62,461 nucleotides of DNA from a virus. Taxonomy: Duplodnaviria; Caudoviricetes. The stretch lies in IMG/VR virus record IMGVR_UViG_3300027719_000005, positions 1 through 62,461 of that record; one strand, given 5' to 3'. A program made the position numbers and the translations under genes. Below the pieces are notes generated by a model, which saw nothing but the letters and a program-made list of their open reading frames with translations, ran no database searches and was not told where the DNA came from. Of this stretch, positions 44,475 to 54,119 are shown in pieces (position 1 is the stretch's first letter; the number at the start of each line of letters is the position of its first letter).

Positions 44475-45668
44475 ATGTCTATCCTATCTACAACTAATAT
44501 AACCACAATGCTTATTAGAAACACTCTAGGAGAGGCTTCTAATAAGGTGTCTGTGTTATGTACAAGTCCAAATATAAATATGTTTTCCCATAGAAAACCT
44601 GTTAGAGAAGCAAGAATTAGCATACCTGCCGATGAAGTTGGAGAAGTTGTTGGATATGGGTTAGAGGTTCCTATATGGGATGGTACCAATCAAGTTTGGA
44701 CATATTTAAAACCGAGAGGGGGATCATCCGAGCCTTATAGACTTGGTGATTTCAGAGGTTATTCTCACGATGCGGGGATACCTGTTAGAATGGATGATTA
44801 TACTAGCCGGATATTTTATATTGCATACAACAGTCTTTTAATTTTTTCGGGGATTGCATCATTTCCCGATCCCGATTCTCCTGGTATTGCATGGCCGGAT
44901 GTATTACCTGATTATTATTTTGCTTGTCAGTTAAAGAATGAGGCAAATGAGATTATCTGGGGAACTCACCCTGATCCAGAAAGCTTCGGGATAAATATTG
45001 ATTTTTCAGAAACTCCATTTAATACAGCAAATTGGCAAAATAGCGTAATTGAAATTAAGTTTTTCTTTAGTAGTGTGGCTAAAACATTTGCAGAGGCAGA
45101 TAAAACATCTATAAAAAAAGCTATGCACTATCATTCCACCTCAAATAAAACCACTCAAACGTTTACTACGCTAACAGAAGCGTATGTTGAAGCAGAAATA
45201 ACCGCGATTGCTAACGATCCAACCTCGGCAACATGGTTTACTAAAGATGGCATATATGATCCAGAAAATCTTCCTGTACCTTTAGAAACTGCTGGTCCTG
45301 TTGCTTTGAAAGTAAAGTTTAGAAATAAACTCCCAGATACAATTACAATCGGTGGGGCAATATTCAAGTTTGGAACAATGTCTAACTACCACAGCATAGA
45401 ACGTTTTATCAACTTTACAGGAACAGGGTTTAGCAATATGTATGATCTAAGCGGAAATCCTATTACAGAACTTGAAATAGCTGGGGAACAGTGGAGTTCA
45501 GAAATTATTTTATATGATGGTTATATGTTAAACTTTAATGGAACGACAGGGCAAATACCCGATCCCGCTGTGATTGCATTTTATGACTTTGATGTAAAAA
45601 TGTTAATTCTTGGTAGTTGGGTAGAAATATCTAATTGGTTCAACAAAAGATGTGCAAGTAATTTATAA
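44475..45668 (+). CDS. Tail fibre-associated / receptor-binding protein
   Basis: LCTSPNINMFS..KP..PRGGSSEPYRLGDFRGY N-terminus; follows the S74 fibre. Confidence 0.6.
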   Translation: MSILSTTNITTMLIRNTLGEASNKVSVLCTSPNINMFSHRKPVREARISIPADEVGEVVGYGLEVPIWDGTNQVWTYLKPRGGSSEPYRLGDFRGYSHDAGIPVRMDDYTSRIFYIAYNSLLIFSGIASFPDPDSPGIAWPDVLPDYYFACQLKNEANEIIWGTHPDPESFGINIDFSETPFNTANWQNSVIEIKFFFSSVAKTFAEADKTSIKKAMHYHSTSNKTTQTFTTLTEAYVEAEITAIANDPTSATWFTKDGIYDPENLPVPLETAGPVALKVKFRNKLPDTITIGGAIFKFGTMSNYHSIERFINFTGTGFSNMYDLSGNPITELEIAGEQWSSEIILYDGYMLNFNGTTGQIPDPAVIAFYDFDVKMLILGSWVEISNWFNKRCASNL

Positions 45669-45692
45669 TTAACCATAAACTAATAACAAGAA

Positions 45693-46157
45693 ATGAAAAA
45701 CGTAGAATTATACTCAGTTAAAGTTGGTTTAATGCTCCTAGATGGAACCGAGGGCGTTAAGCTAGGTGCGCTAAGAGCCGAACTAAACAGAGATGTAAAA
45801 CCCTTAATATCCGACTTGGAGGAGTTTAAGAACTCCGCTATCTGGAAGGAAACAGACGCGCTTTTAGAGGAAGTGAATAAAAAGTACTACCTAAGAGATA
45901 AGGATGGTAGACAGGTAGTGGTTAACAATATTCCTTTGTTTAAAAACGAACTCGAAAGGGATGAGGAAATTAACGCTCTGGAGAAAAGCAAGAAAGACCT
46001 GTTTACCAAAAGAAAAAAAATGATGGAGGAGTACAAGGAGGAGCTAGAGAAGGATTGCAAGAAAACATTCCCTAAAATTCCGTTTTCGTTATTTCCTAAA
46101 AATACTAAAACCGAGGTTATTGACTTGCTATGGTCGGTTATTGATTCAAAAAAATAG
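45693..46157 (+). CDS. Hypothetical protein (possible fibre chaperone)
   Basis: 154 aa, charged. Confidence 0.5.
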   Translation: MKNVELYSVKVGLMLLDGTEGVKLGALRAELNRDVKPLISDLEEFKNSAIWKETDALLEEVNKKYYLRDKDGRQVVVNNIPLFKNELERDEEINALEKSKKDLFTKRKKMMEEYKEELEKDCKKTFPKIPFSLFPKNTKTEVIDLLWSVIDSKK

Positions 46158-46179
46158 TGCGTTTTGTTAAATTTTTAAT

Positions 46180-46452
46180 ATGATGTGCATAATGGAACAC
46201 ATACCCTGCAAGGCCGATCAAGACCTTAACGAAATAAAAACTTCTGTAAACCAGATTAAGGACGCTCTATTAGGAACCGATTTCAACCAGAGACAAGGAT
46301 TAGTGTACCAGGTTGAAAAGAATAAGGAGGAGATTGGAGAAGTAAAAAAAAAGTATGAGAAGATAGAAAAGAAACTATACTACTATACTGGATTCTCTGC
46401 CGCTACAGGTTTAATTGTGGGATACATCATAAAAAAATTAATAGAGATATAA
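46180..46452 (+). CDS. Holin/antiholin-like protein
   Basis: Coiled coil plus C-terminal TM, abuts the endolysin. Confidence 0.5.
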   Translation: MMCIMEHIPCKADQDLNEIKTSVNQIKDALLGTDFNQRQGLVYQVEKNKEEIGEVKKKYEKIEKKLYYYTGFSAATGLIVGYIIKKLIEI

Positions 46453-46862
46453 TGGGAGCATTTGGGAAAACATCACAGGATCGCTTATCAACCTGTCACC
46501 CGCTTTTACAGCAAGTGGCTAACGAGGCGATAAAGAACTGCCCGGTAGATTTTGGCATTTCCGAGGGGAATAGGTCAATCGAAAGGCAACAGCAACTATT
46601 TAAGGAAGGGAAGAGCAAAATAGATGGAGTTACCCAGAAGGGAAAGCACAACTATAGCCCTTCTGAGGCATTTGATATTTACGCCTATGTGAATGGTAAA
46701 ATATCATATGATACTGCTTCATTGTCATTTATTGCTGGCTTTATTTTAGCCACAGCGCAACGAATAAATATTAAGGTGCGATGGGGAGGCAATTGGGATG
46801 GCGATGGAGAGATAATCAAGGATCAATCATTAGTTGACCTTCCTCATTTTGAATTACTTTAA
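46452..46862 (+). CDS. Endolysin, peptidase M15 (L-Ala-D-Glu peptidase-like)
   Basis: EGNRS..RQ, KHN..SEAFD, WGGNW, DLPHFEL. Confidence 0.9.
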   Translation: MGAFGKTSQDRLSTCHPLLQQVANEAIKNCPVDFGISEGNRSIERQQQLFKEGKSKIDGVTQKGKHNYSPSEAFDIYAYVNGKISYDTASLSFIAGFILATAQRINIKVRWGGNWDGDGEIIKDQSLVDLPHFELL

Positions 46863-46873
46863 AAAAATCGACA

Positions 46874-47080
46874 ATGAAACAGATTAAGAACATCATCATT
46901 AAGAACTGGATCACCACAACAGCAGGGGTGTTAATTATTTTATTTGCACTTGCGGCAATCTGGTTTGGGAAAGTAGAATTTTGGAATAGCCTAATCCTGA
47001 TTTTTGCAGGTTGTTTCTTTGTTGTAGCGAAGGATACGTGGATTAAAAATATTCTATCTCTTATTCTAAATAAAAAATGA
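46874..47080 (+). CDS. Putative holin
   Basis: 68 aa, two TM segments. Confidence 0.6.
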   Translation: MKQIKNIIIKNWITTTAGVLIILFALAAIWFGKVEFWNSLILIFAGCFFVVAKDTWIKNILSLILNKK

Positions 47081-47640
47081 AAAGAGGAATTGCTATAGTT
47101 GCATTACTGCTGGTTGGACTAACCGCATATATAACCTATATGCTGAGTGTTCCTTCCGGTAGTGTTGTGATAAAAAAATCATTCCTAGACTCTTTGGCCT
47201 GTATTAAGCCGGATACAATAAAAAGAATAGATACAATCCCCGCAGAGCCGGACACCTTTATTATTCAAACAAAGGTGCCATATCCGGTATATGTTCAGGA
47301 TTCAACACTTTTGGCTTACCACGACAGCCTGGAGAATACCAAAATATCCATTCATCTTTACGATACTATCACGAAGTCTGGAATATTTAAGAGTAGAAAG
47401 TGGATGATTAGCTATAAAATTCCCATGTATATTATTAAGGAGAATACAATAATAAAACCGATCCCGACACCTTACCCCTTTTGTGAAGAGAAGAATAGGT
47501 TAAGGTACTATGCAAAAGTAGGAGTAGGGGTTAAAGCGTTTTCTGTGGAGGGAGGGGTGGTGTTTAGGGATCGGTTTATGCTTGGAGTTGAGTCTGGGAA
47601 CAGACAATTACTACTTAAAGGAGGTTACATATTTAATTAA
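47077..47640 (+). CDS. Spanin-like protein
   Basis: N-terminal TM, DT-rich linker, C-terminal beta strands; in the lysis cassette. Confidence 0.55.
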   Translation: MKRGIAIVALLLVGLTAYITYMLSVPSGSVVIKKSFLDSLACIKPDTIKRIDTIPAEPDTFIIQTKVPYPVYVQDSTLLAYHDSLENTKISIHLYDTITKSGIFKSRKWMISYKIPMYIIKENTIIKPIPTPYPFCEEKNRLRYYAKVGVGVKAFSVEGGVVFRDRFMLGVESGNRQLLLKGGYIFN

Positions 47641-47646
47641 AATGCC

Positions 47647-48399
47647 ATGTCGTACATTGAATCAAAATTAGCCCTTCAAGAAGGATTGCTTAGTTACTTT
47701 GAGAGTTTACTGGAAGAAAGTAGCCCGGTGAATCCTAGCGCACAGGAAACCGCAGAGAGTATATCCGAGGATATTGGAGTTATAGTGCATTTTCCTATAA
47801 TTAGTATTATCAATGAGGCTAAAAGAATATCCGCATTTAGAGCAAAGTACACCTCAAATGAGAAAGGGGAGCCAAACATGGCAATAGCCCTAACCACTGA
47901 TGAGGATGATCTTATAAAGAAGATACTAAGCAAGTGGGCCAATAGGGTATTTGATGAGGTGAGCAGTGCTTCTTTAAAAGTTCCCAACGCATACTCCTTG
48001 GAGGACAATGCTACCATAAATGTATATGTAGCACAAACAGCCTTTGAGTCTGGAGAAATTTACCTTAACGGTACTACTCTGTATAGATGTTTGGCCGAAA
48101 CAGAGGAAATCCCCTCTGATGATTCAATCTACTGGATAAAAATTGAGGATGGCGATGAAAAAAGAGTTTACTTCTCATTTCTGATCAATCCATACTGGGA
48201 TACTAACGCTTCCACGCTACTAGAAACATCCCTATTTGATGCTATGGTTACAGCCATACTAAAGGAGTGGTTTAAAATTACCAACATGAGTAAGATGCAT
48301 CAGGAATACTCAGAGGAGTATGAAAAGAATATTATGAGCGCGAGAAGTGCTACATACAGAAGAACAAAAGGAATTACGCTAAAACAACCATTCTTATGA
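47647..48399 (+). CDS. Putative virion adaptor-like protein
   Basis: 250 aa; helical with ILKEWF motif. Confidence 0.5.
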   Translation: MSYIESKLALQEGLLSYFESLLEESSPVNPSAQETAESISEDIGVIVHFPIISIINEAKRISAFRAKYTSNEKGEPNMAIALTTDEDDLIKKILSKWANRVFDEVSSASLKVPNAYSLEDNATINVYVAQTAFESGEIYLNGTTLYRCLAETEEIPSDDSIYWIKIEDGDEKRVYFSFLINPYWDTNASTLLETSLFDAMVTAILKEWFKITNMSKMHQEYSEEYEKNIMSARSATYRRTKGITLKQPFL

Positions 48400-49160
48400 G
48401 CCAAAGCAGAGTCAGGGATCAAAGCTTTGTTAGAGACAAGGTGGTACATAAAGAAACTATCGGGAAAGGGGAGGGCAATAGCCATCCTGCAAAAGCCGTT
48501 ACTGTAGATACTGCTAATTTAACAGATAAAGAGGTTGATAATGTCCAAAAACTAGCCGAAAAAGTATCGTTAATTGATGATGAATTAACCGATGCTACAC
48601 AACTAGCCGAAACCGCCACCACCAACGCCAACGAAGCCACCCAAGCCGTAGGCGAACACGTAGCCGGAAAAACCAACCCACACGCTACAGATACCACGCA
48701 GGAATTTGCCGAGGTAAATGTAACGGCTCTAAAATCCTATGCAACCGAAGGCGAAGTTCCTGCAACTGACTACAACTGGTTTAAATCGGTTTACGCTACT
48801 TTGGTTGATGGCTCTATTAAATCATGGATTATTGGGATTATTAACTTTTTAAAACAAATAGGATTAGTTGAACCGGTTTCTGAAATAGCAACATTCACAC
48901 TAGCATTAACCCATCTTTACAAAGGAATACGGTGCAACTCAGTAACTGATATAGACTGTAATATCCCATTAAATGATACAGTAGCATTTGACATAGGTGC
49001 TGTAATTACTATTCAACAAATTGGGAATGGTGTAGTAACTGCCAAGCCTGTTAGTGGGGTAACACTTAATGGGGATGCTAAAACAGCAGGGCAGTACAAG
49101 TTTATTCAGTTATGGAAAACAGATACTAATGTTTGGAACGTAATTGGAGGGGTAAGTTAA
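48396..49160 (+). CDS. Putative secondary tail fibre/appendage protein
   Basis: NPH fibre motif; C-terminal IGAVITIQQIGNG...NVWNVIG trimer-like domain. Confidence 0.6.
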   Translation: MSQSRVRDQSFVRDKVVHKETIGKGEGNSHPAKAVTVDTANLTDKEVDNVQKLAEKVSLIDDELTDATQLAETATTNANEATQAVGEHVAGKTNPHATDTTQEFAEVNVTALKSYATEGEVPATDYNWFKSVYATLVDGSIKSWIIGIINFLKQIGLVEPVSEIATFTLALTHLYKGIRCNSVTDIDCNIPLNDTVAFDIGAVITIQQIGNGVVTAKPVSGVTLNGDAKTAGQYKFIQLWKTDTNVWNVIGGVS

Positions 49161-49951
49161 TGAGCAGACTACTTACATTAGGTGTACTTTCACAGGCCAT
49201 TGACCCAGCGGTAAAAATGGCAACAGACTACTGCAACTATGTAATAGCACAAGGAGGGGAAGTGGATTATACTACAGTTTACTCTATCTATAAGAACGAG
49301 GTGTTAACAGACCCCGATTGGCTGAAATTGGCATTCTACATTGATGCACGAGCAGGAAAAAAACCAACTGTAGGTTATCCCGGCACATACATAGGGATAT
49401 ATTCGTTAATATATCCCTATTCTATAATTGAGGGTAGGGCGGTATCACAAAGATTTACCGTTCCAAATGGAACCATTACAAGGGCAACAACCACCACCCC
49501 TATTCTTTATTTTAACTCAGGATTTTTAACTCAGGATATATGTCACCTGCGTATCACAACAAAAATAAGATATATAGCAGGGGCAGGGGCTAATTATCCA
49601 ATATTACTTATTTCTGGTAAAGATAATGGAGGTGCGTATGCTTCATTTGTTTGGAATAGATTTTTATACGCGAGTGACAGATTTGCCAGTTATTTGAATC
49701 ACTACGATTTAAGCACGAATACCAACCTCCCAACCACAGCATATCCTGATAATATTGACGAAATGATTATGATTCAAGAGGTGGACTATCTGAACAAAAT
49801 ACACTATTTCAAGCATCATATCACTGAAAACACAGTTCCGATAACAGTAGGGAAAGTACCTAAATTATTCGATGATACATACCAAGGACAAAGTTATTTA
49901 TACAGTTATCCACAAACTGAACCATATTACGCTAAAATCTATAAGTTATGA
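49160..49951 (+). CDS. Putative receptor-binding/appendage protein
   Basis: Likely start MSRLLTLG at 49160; beta- and Tyr-rich. Confidence 0.5.
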   Translation: MSRLLTLGVLSQAIDPAVKMATDYCNYVIAQGGEVDYTTVYSIYKNEVLTDPDWLKLAFYIDARAGKKPTVGYPGTYIGIYSLIYPYSIIEGRAVSQRFTVPNGTITRATTTTPILYFNSGFLTQDICHLRITTKIRYIAGAGANYPILLISGKDNGGAYASFVWNRFLYASDRFASYLNHYDLSTNTNLPTTAYPDNIDEMIMIQEVDYLNKIHYFKHHITENTVPITVGKVPKLFDDTYQGQSYLYSYPQTEPYYAKIYKL

Positions 49952-50394
49952 CAATACTGATAGACAAATCAACAAAACAGCCTATTTCAAGCATATTTCC
50001 CAATGGTTATCTAGTAGATGGAATTAAGCCAGAACTGCCAGAAAATATAATTGAGGTTGATGTAATTGATAACCCTCTGCCAGTAATTACACAAAATCAA
50101 AGTGCTACTTTTGAATGGAAAATGACTACAAAAGGATGGGAGAAGGTTTGGACAATTACCGATGTAGTTGTAACAGATTGGCTACATGACTACCCACTAA
50201 GAATCGTTGCACCAAAAATGTTGGTGTTAGTTTATCCAGAAATATATATTTGGTTTCAAGTAAATGACCTTCCCATTGAGAAGGTAGGCGATATGGTACA
50301 TCTGTACTGCAATGAGATAATGCCGGAGCATCAGGGGTTAATTGATGCCAATAGCGCAATAATTACAGTTGAACCAAAACCAATAAACCAATGA
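49948..50394 (+). CDS. Hypothetical protein (fibre-assembly-like)
   Basis: 148 aa, coupled to its neighbours. Confidence 0.5.
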   Translation: MTILIDKSTKQPISSIFPNGYLVDGIKPELPENIIEVDVIDNPLPVITQNQSATFEWKMTTKGWEKVWTITDVVVTDWLHDYPLRIVAPKMLVLVYPEIYIWFQVNDLPIEKVGDMVHLYCNEIMPEHQGLIDANSAIITVEPKPINQ

Positions 50395-50861
50395 TTTACC
50401 TAATAACAGCACTGTTAATAATGACAGCATATTTAGTTTTAGTAGCGGCTAAATTTGGCTGGTTACAGAGCATTTCAGACAGTTACTATCATATTAAGCA
50501 CAAGTACATATTTACCTTTGTACTTTGGTCGTTTTCCGTACTGATGTTGTTGGGGGTGAATGATGTAATTAAAACACCAATATACCCATTTGCCTGTTTC
50601 GGAATAATCATTGTTGGGGCGTACTCTCAGTTCAAGGGTAATAAGTTTATTAAGATCATGCACTTCATTGGGGCGTACATGGGAATAGTCTTGGCAATAA
50701 TAGGACTATGGGCAGAGTTTGGCTATATGTGGCTTACTCTAACCTACCTACCGCTTTATGCAATTGCCAAGTACGTGATTAGGAATAATAACTTCTACTG
50801 GATAGAGGTGTTCGCCATTTACTTAATAGGAATTTCTTTGCTATACATATTATGGATATAA
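50391..50861 (+). CDS. Multi-TM membrane protein
   Basis: About six TM segments; SISDSYY...HFIGA motifs. Confidence 0.65.
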   Translation: MIYLITALLIMTAYLVLVAAKFGWLQSISDSYYHIKHKYIFTFVLWSFSVLMLLGVNDVIKTPIYPFACFGIIIVGAYSQFKGNKFIKIMHFIGAYMGIVLAIIGLWAEFGYMWLTLTYLPLYAIAKYVIRNNNFYWIEVFAIYLIGISLLYILWI

Positions 50862-50891
50862 TCAGATGTCATTGCGTATTATAGCTTAATA

Positions 50892-52079
50892 TTAATCATC
50901 AAGTAAATGGTTGATATTATTACTCATTTCCTCCGTGTCGAAATCTCCATGATACCTTTTATGTACCGCTTCCGATGAGTGGCCCACTAACTGCATCCTC
51001 ATTTCAATAGGAATACCTTTCTTTTTGAGAATATCCACAAAAGAGTGCCTTGCTGTGTGAAACGTAATCAGTTTATCTATTTTTGCTTTCAGCGCGATTG
51101 ATTTTAAAGATTTATTCACCACTGCATTAATAGAGGATACCCCATTTTCGTACTTTAGGAGATCATCATAATGATGTTTAAGTAGAGGAAATAGGTAGTA
51201 ACTATCATTGTTTTTATACTTATTGACAATATCTAAGCACTTATCATCCATAACCAGAGTCATTCTTTTAGTAAAGTTACTTTTGCTGGTCATGTAGGAC
51301 AGAGTATTACCTTTTATATTCTCATTTTTGAGCAAGGCTACATCTCTGAAACGCATACCCCAACAGTAAAAAGCGAAAAGAAACATATCTTTTGAAAGAG
51401 ATAGGACCGGGGCAGATAGCACCAGGTTATCTATACTTTTTATTTCTTCCAACGTTAAACGATCCTTCAAAACTTCCTCCCCTTGCGTTTCAACCTCGTT
51501 GAATGGTTTTTTATCAACATGACCATTTTTAACAGCCTCATGGTACGCTCTCCTCAATACTTTAAAGTTTGACTGGACAGTATTGGCATTATTAGTCTTT
51601 TGAAGGTGTAATTTGTAATCGACTAGAAGCTCTGGAGTAATTTCATCAACAGGTAAGGGATTATTAACGTATGTTTTGAATTTTTTCAGCACAGTAAGCC
51701 AAAGTCTATACGTTCCCTGTTTGCCACACTTCAAGTAAAAATCTCTTTTATTTTCTGCAATAGCAAAGAAATCAGGCTTAGATTCTTCCTCTGTACTTTT
51801 AAGGATTAACTCATCAACAGTAATACTCTTATTGCTGATCATGGCCTCATAAATCTTGTCCTGTATTTGGCTGACAATCTTATTGGCCGTTCTATTTGAT
51901 TTAAGAAAATCTGGATGATTTTGCTTTAGCAAGCCTGTTTTTTTATCAAACTGACTTTCAGTGGCACTATCTATGATTAGATACTTCTCTCTACCCTGGG
52001 AGGAAACTCTCACCACATAGGGGTACTTATTATCTTTGAGAGGCTTATTTTTCTTGAGCATTAAAGTAACTGTTGCCAT
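50892..52079 (-). CDS. int: Phage tyrosine integrase (arm-binding, SAM-like and catalytic domains)
   Basis: GMRFRD, K, HTARHSF, GHS...Y catalytic residues. Confidence 0.95.
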   Translation of the reverse strand: MATVTLMLKKNKPLKDNKYPYVVRVSSQGREKYLIIDSATESQFDKKTGLLKQNHPDFLKSNRTANKIVSQIQDKIYEAMISNKSITVDELILKSTEEESKPDFFAIAENKRDFYLKCGKQGTYRLWLTVLKKFKTYVNNPLPVDEITPELLVDYKLHLQKTNNANTVQSNFKVLRRAYHEAVKNGHVDKKPFNEVETQGEEVLKDRLTLEEIKSIDNLVLSAPVLSLSKDMFLFAFYCWGMRFRDVALLKNENIKGNTLSYMTSKSNFTKRMTLVMDDKCLDIVNKYKNNDSYYLFPLLKHHYDDLLKYENGVSSINAVVNKSLKSIALKAKIDKLITFHTARHSFVDILKKKGIPIEMRMQLVGHSSEAVHKRYHGDFDTEEMSNNINHLLDD

Positions 52080-52110
52080 AAAATCTGCCCTTTAGTTTAA
52101 AATATATTTA

Positions 52111-52118
52111 CAAAGGTA
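52111..52118 (-). promoter_or_regulatory. Bacteroidota -7 promoter motif for int
   Basis: TACCTTTG on the minus strand, about 30 nt before the ATG. Confidence 0.55.
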
Positions 52119-52227
52119 GAAAAAGAGCAGATAATAAATACAAATTGATACAAAAAATAACAACTCAATACAATTGACAAAAAGTGTAAAATAGTTCAAA
52201 AATGAGCGTATTTAAAGGAAAGGCAAT

Positions 52228-52253
52228 AAAAAAAGCCACTTAAAAAAGTGGCT
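52228..52253 (-). terminator. Terminator downstream of the tRNA fragment
   Basis: Minus strand AGCCACTT-tttt-AAGTGGCT-TTTTTT. Confidence 0.75.
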
Positions 52254-52256
52254 GTT

Positions 52257-52277
52257 GTGACCCGGAAGGGATTCAAA
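52257..52277 (-). other. attP core: 3' end of a tRNA gene
   Basis: Minus strand TTTGAATCCCTTCCGGGTCAC = T-loop, T-stem and acceptor 3' strand; lies between int and the repressor. Confidence 0.8.
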
Positions 52278-52355
52278 TGATATTTTACAAACCCCTATAT
52301 ATATAGTATCCATAATTCAATTATCATTCAGGGCAGATAAAGGACAGATAAACGA

Positions 52356-53261
52356 CTATCTTTTTACCGAAGTGATCACTTTAACTACATTGAATATTTG
52401 TGAAATATCTATCATATTCACTTTAAAATCATCGTACATACTATTTAACGAGTGCAAGGTAAGATTTCCTGTGTTAACATCATGGGTTATTATCCTTTTT
52501 ATTAGTATTCCCTCCTCGCGGTGAACTATAATAAAATCCCAGTCGTTAATATGTAGTTTGGATGACCAATGCTCCTTTCTTACCTCTCTTCCTAATACCA
52601 AGCATCCATCGGGGTAAGATTGTTTCGTACCATCATCCATTGAATCGCCCTTAACCTCAAAGCACAAATAACTACCCCTATGATTACCCTCTACCATAAA
52701 AGGTACTTTAGGTAACTGTTCCACGTACTCGTTGTCACCCCACCCCTTTACATAACCTGCTTGAGCGTAGTATGAAACCAATGGGGCGTTTATTATCCAA
52801 GGGGAACTGAACGGTTCCGCTTCCTTCTTTACCTGTTTATCTATTCCGGTTAGAAGAAATTCCTTTTCATCGGGAAACCTTTCAATTATTGCTTCCACTA
52901 TTTCCTTGGATGGTTCCTTGTCTTTATGAAATATATCCAATATCTCCGCAGAGAATGATAGGCCGATCCTTGAGGCCAATCCGATAGGCTCCAGTTTATT
53001 CTTGAACATAATACCCTTAATTCTATCCGAAGGGCTATTATATGAGAGAATAGGGTTGCCTATTCCTAACAATAGCCAATCCAAACTGATCATCCGGTAT
53101 TTGCAAACGATCATTTGGGCTAAAGATTTTGATATGCCGTGTTTTCCATGTAAAATATTGTACACAGTATCAACTCTTTTCATGCCGATAGCCTCAGAGA
53201 ACTGCTTCGCGTTCAGGTGCAGAATCCCTAAAATGTACTCAATTCTTTCTTTGTCAGTCAT
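52356..53261 (-). CDS. CI-like repressor (two HTH-like domains plus S24 peptidase)
   Basis: LDWLLLG, AQAG cleavage site, FEVKGDSM, LIKR; likely start MTDKERI at 53261. Confidence 0.88.
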   Translation of the reverse strand: MTDKERIEYILGILHLNAKQFSEAIGMKRVDTVYNILHGKHGISKSLAQMIVCKYRMISLDWLLLGIGNPILSYNSPSDRIKGIMFKNKLEPIGLASRIGLSFSAEILDIFHKDKEPSKEIVEAIIERFPDEKEFLLTGIDKQVKKEAEPFSSPWIINAPLVSYYAQAGYVKGWGDNEYVEQLPKVPFMVEGNHRGSYLCFEVKGDSMDDGTKQSYPDGCLVLGREVRKEHWSSKLHINDWDFIIVHREEGILIKRIITHDVNTGNLTLHSLNSMYDDFKVNMIDISQIFNVVKVITSVKR

Positions 53262-53473
53262 ATAGAATTTTTTATAAAATAATTGAAAAATAATTACTAA
53301 AATATTTGTAAATACAAACTTTATTGTATTTATTTGTATCCATATACTAATATACGAAATAAATACAACAAGACGCAATACGATACGGTATTTATTTGAC
53401 AAATAAGCATTTCTAGCTTGTAAGCAAGCCAAAAACAGATATGAACACATAGTATTAACATAAAATTATAGTA
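53262..53473. promoter_or_regulatory. Divergent immunity/operator region
   Basis: Palindrome TTTGTAAATACAAA 53306-53319; GTATTTATTT at 53326 and 53388, inverted at 53357. Confidence 0.55.
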
Positions 53474-53659
53474 ATGAATACAAAAATTAAAATTGAGGGA
53501 AGTGATATTTTGACCGCTTACGAGGCGATGAAAATTCTAAGGTGTAATTCTCACCGATCCATGATTAAAAAACTCAACACTCTCGGAGTTAACTACAAGG
53601 TGGTTAATAGAATTTACATGATTCCAAAAGTATCCCTAGAGGATGCCTTAAACAAATAA
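53474..53659 (+). CDS. Excisionase/Cro-like HTH protein
   Basis: LTAYEAMKIL...KVVNRIYMIPK; divergent from the repressor. Confidence 0.7.
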   Translation: MNTKIKIEGSDILTAYEAMKILRCNSHRSMIKKLNTLGVNYKVVNRIYMIPKVSLEDALNK

Positions 53660-53670
53660 CAATTAATGAT

Positions 53671-53904
53671 ATGGATGTATTTGAACGACTTGGGGATATT
53701 CTTAATCCCAACAACTCGGAGGTGTTTAGAACAGCTCTAGCAGTGGACAAGATTACAGGTTCCTGTGTAGGATGCCACGAACCTAAAAATGTAAAAGATT
53801 TACAGCAGAGGAAGTACCTGCATCCCTACACAAAGAAATATACCTCAGGGTTATTCTGCAAATCTTGTCTTAATGATCCAGACATTAAACTCCTTGTACG
53901 ATGA
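53671..53904 (+). CDS. Small Zn-finger protein
   Basis: CVGC...CKSC. Confidence 0.55.
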   Translation: MDVFERLGDILNPNNSEVFRTALAVDKITGSCVGCHEPKNVKDLQQRKYLHPYTKKYTSGLFCKSCLNDPDIKLLVR

Positions 53905-54116
53905 TGGCAACACGGAAAAAAGGGGAGCAAGACTCTCAAATAAAGTTCTCCCAGACCGAGAATAGCGGCATTCTACTAATGCCAAGACTTAATACGGCAA
54001 TTTACTATGTAAATGGGATCACTGTTGACACGTTCCGAACAATAGATAAGACTGTAAAGGAAGTGGAAAAGTGGATCGAAGCAAAACGCAAGCATTATAC
54101 CGACCTAAACAAATAA
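53901..54116 (+). CDS. Hypothetical protein
   Basis: 71 aa, coupled. Confidence 0.5.
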   Translation: MMATRKKGEQDSQIKFSQTENSGILLMPRLNTAIYYVNGITVDTFRTIDKTVKEVEKWIEAKRKHYTDLNK

Positions 54117-54119
54117 CCT

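Larger units (their letters stand above)
52083..52351. repeat. Putative integrase arm-type sites (AGRRCAGAT[AA])
   Basis: 52083-52091 (inverted), 52124-52134, 52330-52340 and 52341-52351 flank the attP core. Confidence 0.65.

Noticed and set aside
50892-52079. Integrase as an integron integrase (IntI)
   Set aside because: It has an N-terminal arm-binding domain, sits beside a tRNA-type attP, lies far from the array and shows no recognisable IntI-specific insertion.
53262-53450. 63-aa N-terminal extension of the repressor
   Set aside because: It runs across the AT-rich operator region; MTDKERI at 53261 is the plausible start.
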